IMG/VR virus record: IMGVR_UViG_3300018018_000001
Location: 117,622 to 181,621 of that record
Strand: one strand, 5' to 3'
DNA: 64,000 nt
Source: a virus
In this document: piece after piece, positions 63,879 to 64,000 of the stretch
Layout of the letters: every line of letters starts with the position of its first letter
How positions within the stretch are numbered: position 1 is the stretch's first letter
Notes under the pieces: model-generated
Database searches by the model: none
Seen by the model: only the letters and a program-made list of their open reading frames with translations
What the model was told of the DNA's origin: nothing
Made by a program: the position numbers and the translations under genes

Positions 63879-64000
63879 AAGGTTTCTGCGGTTACTGCAT
63901 GAGACCTAATGCCCCTAATTTAAAGGATGTTCAGATTAGAAAATTCTTTGGGCATTGTCATTCTCATTTACGATGGTATTCTTCAATGCCTATGTGTTCT

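Noticed and set aside
1-64000. Genome-wide TGA reassignment (code 4 or 25)
   Set aside because: Long genes (1393, 668 and 592 aa) are intact in the standard code, and TGA is repeatedly used in ATGA stop-start overlaps. No TCA-anticodon tRNA was seen. Only isolated in-frame TGAs exist.
1-64000. Integrase, att sites, IS elements, rRNA, dZ or other base-modification pathway
   Set aside because: No supporting motifs seen. The polymerase has an ordinary Phe in motif B, and no PurZ-like or hypermodification gene was recognised.

Overview
A 64-kb segment of a large lytic-type dsDNA phage genome, densely coded and entirely on the + strand; the minus-strand ORFs are shadows. No virion structural genes were recognised. 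The centre (about 9.8-36.8 kb) is a T4/SPO1-style replication and recombination module: Mre11/Rad50, Holliday junction resolvase, gp32-like SSB, RecA, UvsW-like helicase, HIRAN, 5'-3' exonuclease, primase-helicase, and a UDG-fused family A polymerase with an intein. It also carries three DNA methyltransferases, one of them split by a homing endonuclease, and a candidate iteron origin. The flanks (1-9 kb and 36.8-64 kb) hold accessory and host-takeover genes: a Ycf46-type AAA ATPase with DUF1257, DUF2997 and DUF3150-like partners, a histone-fold candidate, Imm, CCA enzyme, Thg1, RNA ligase, NADAR, a deaminase, arginine decarboxylase, lipoproteins and secreted proteins. These flanks are organised by 16 copies of a bipartite motif that matches the flagellar sigma28 (FliA/SigD) promoter consensus. 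Four of the copies carry an upstream TGACA-N5-TGTCA palindrome. The replication module lacks this motif and instead has two copies of a different 46-bp element. Two tRNAs without encoded CCA, two long rod-like RNA candidates and about 16 homing-endonuclease-like genes or domains are present. A PxxKW-type protein suggests a Desulfobacterota host (inference). All protein family calls come from motif recognition by eye; no database searches were run.
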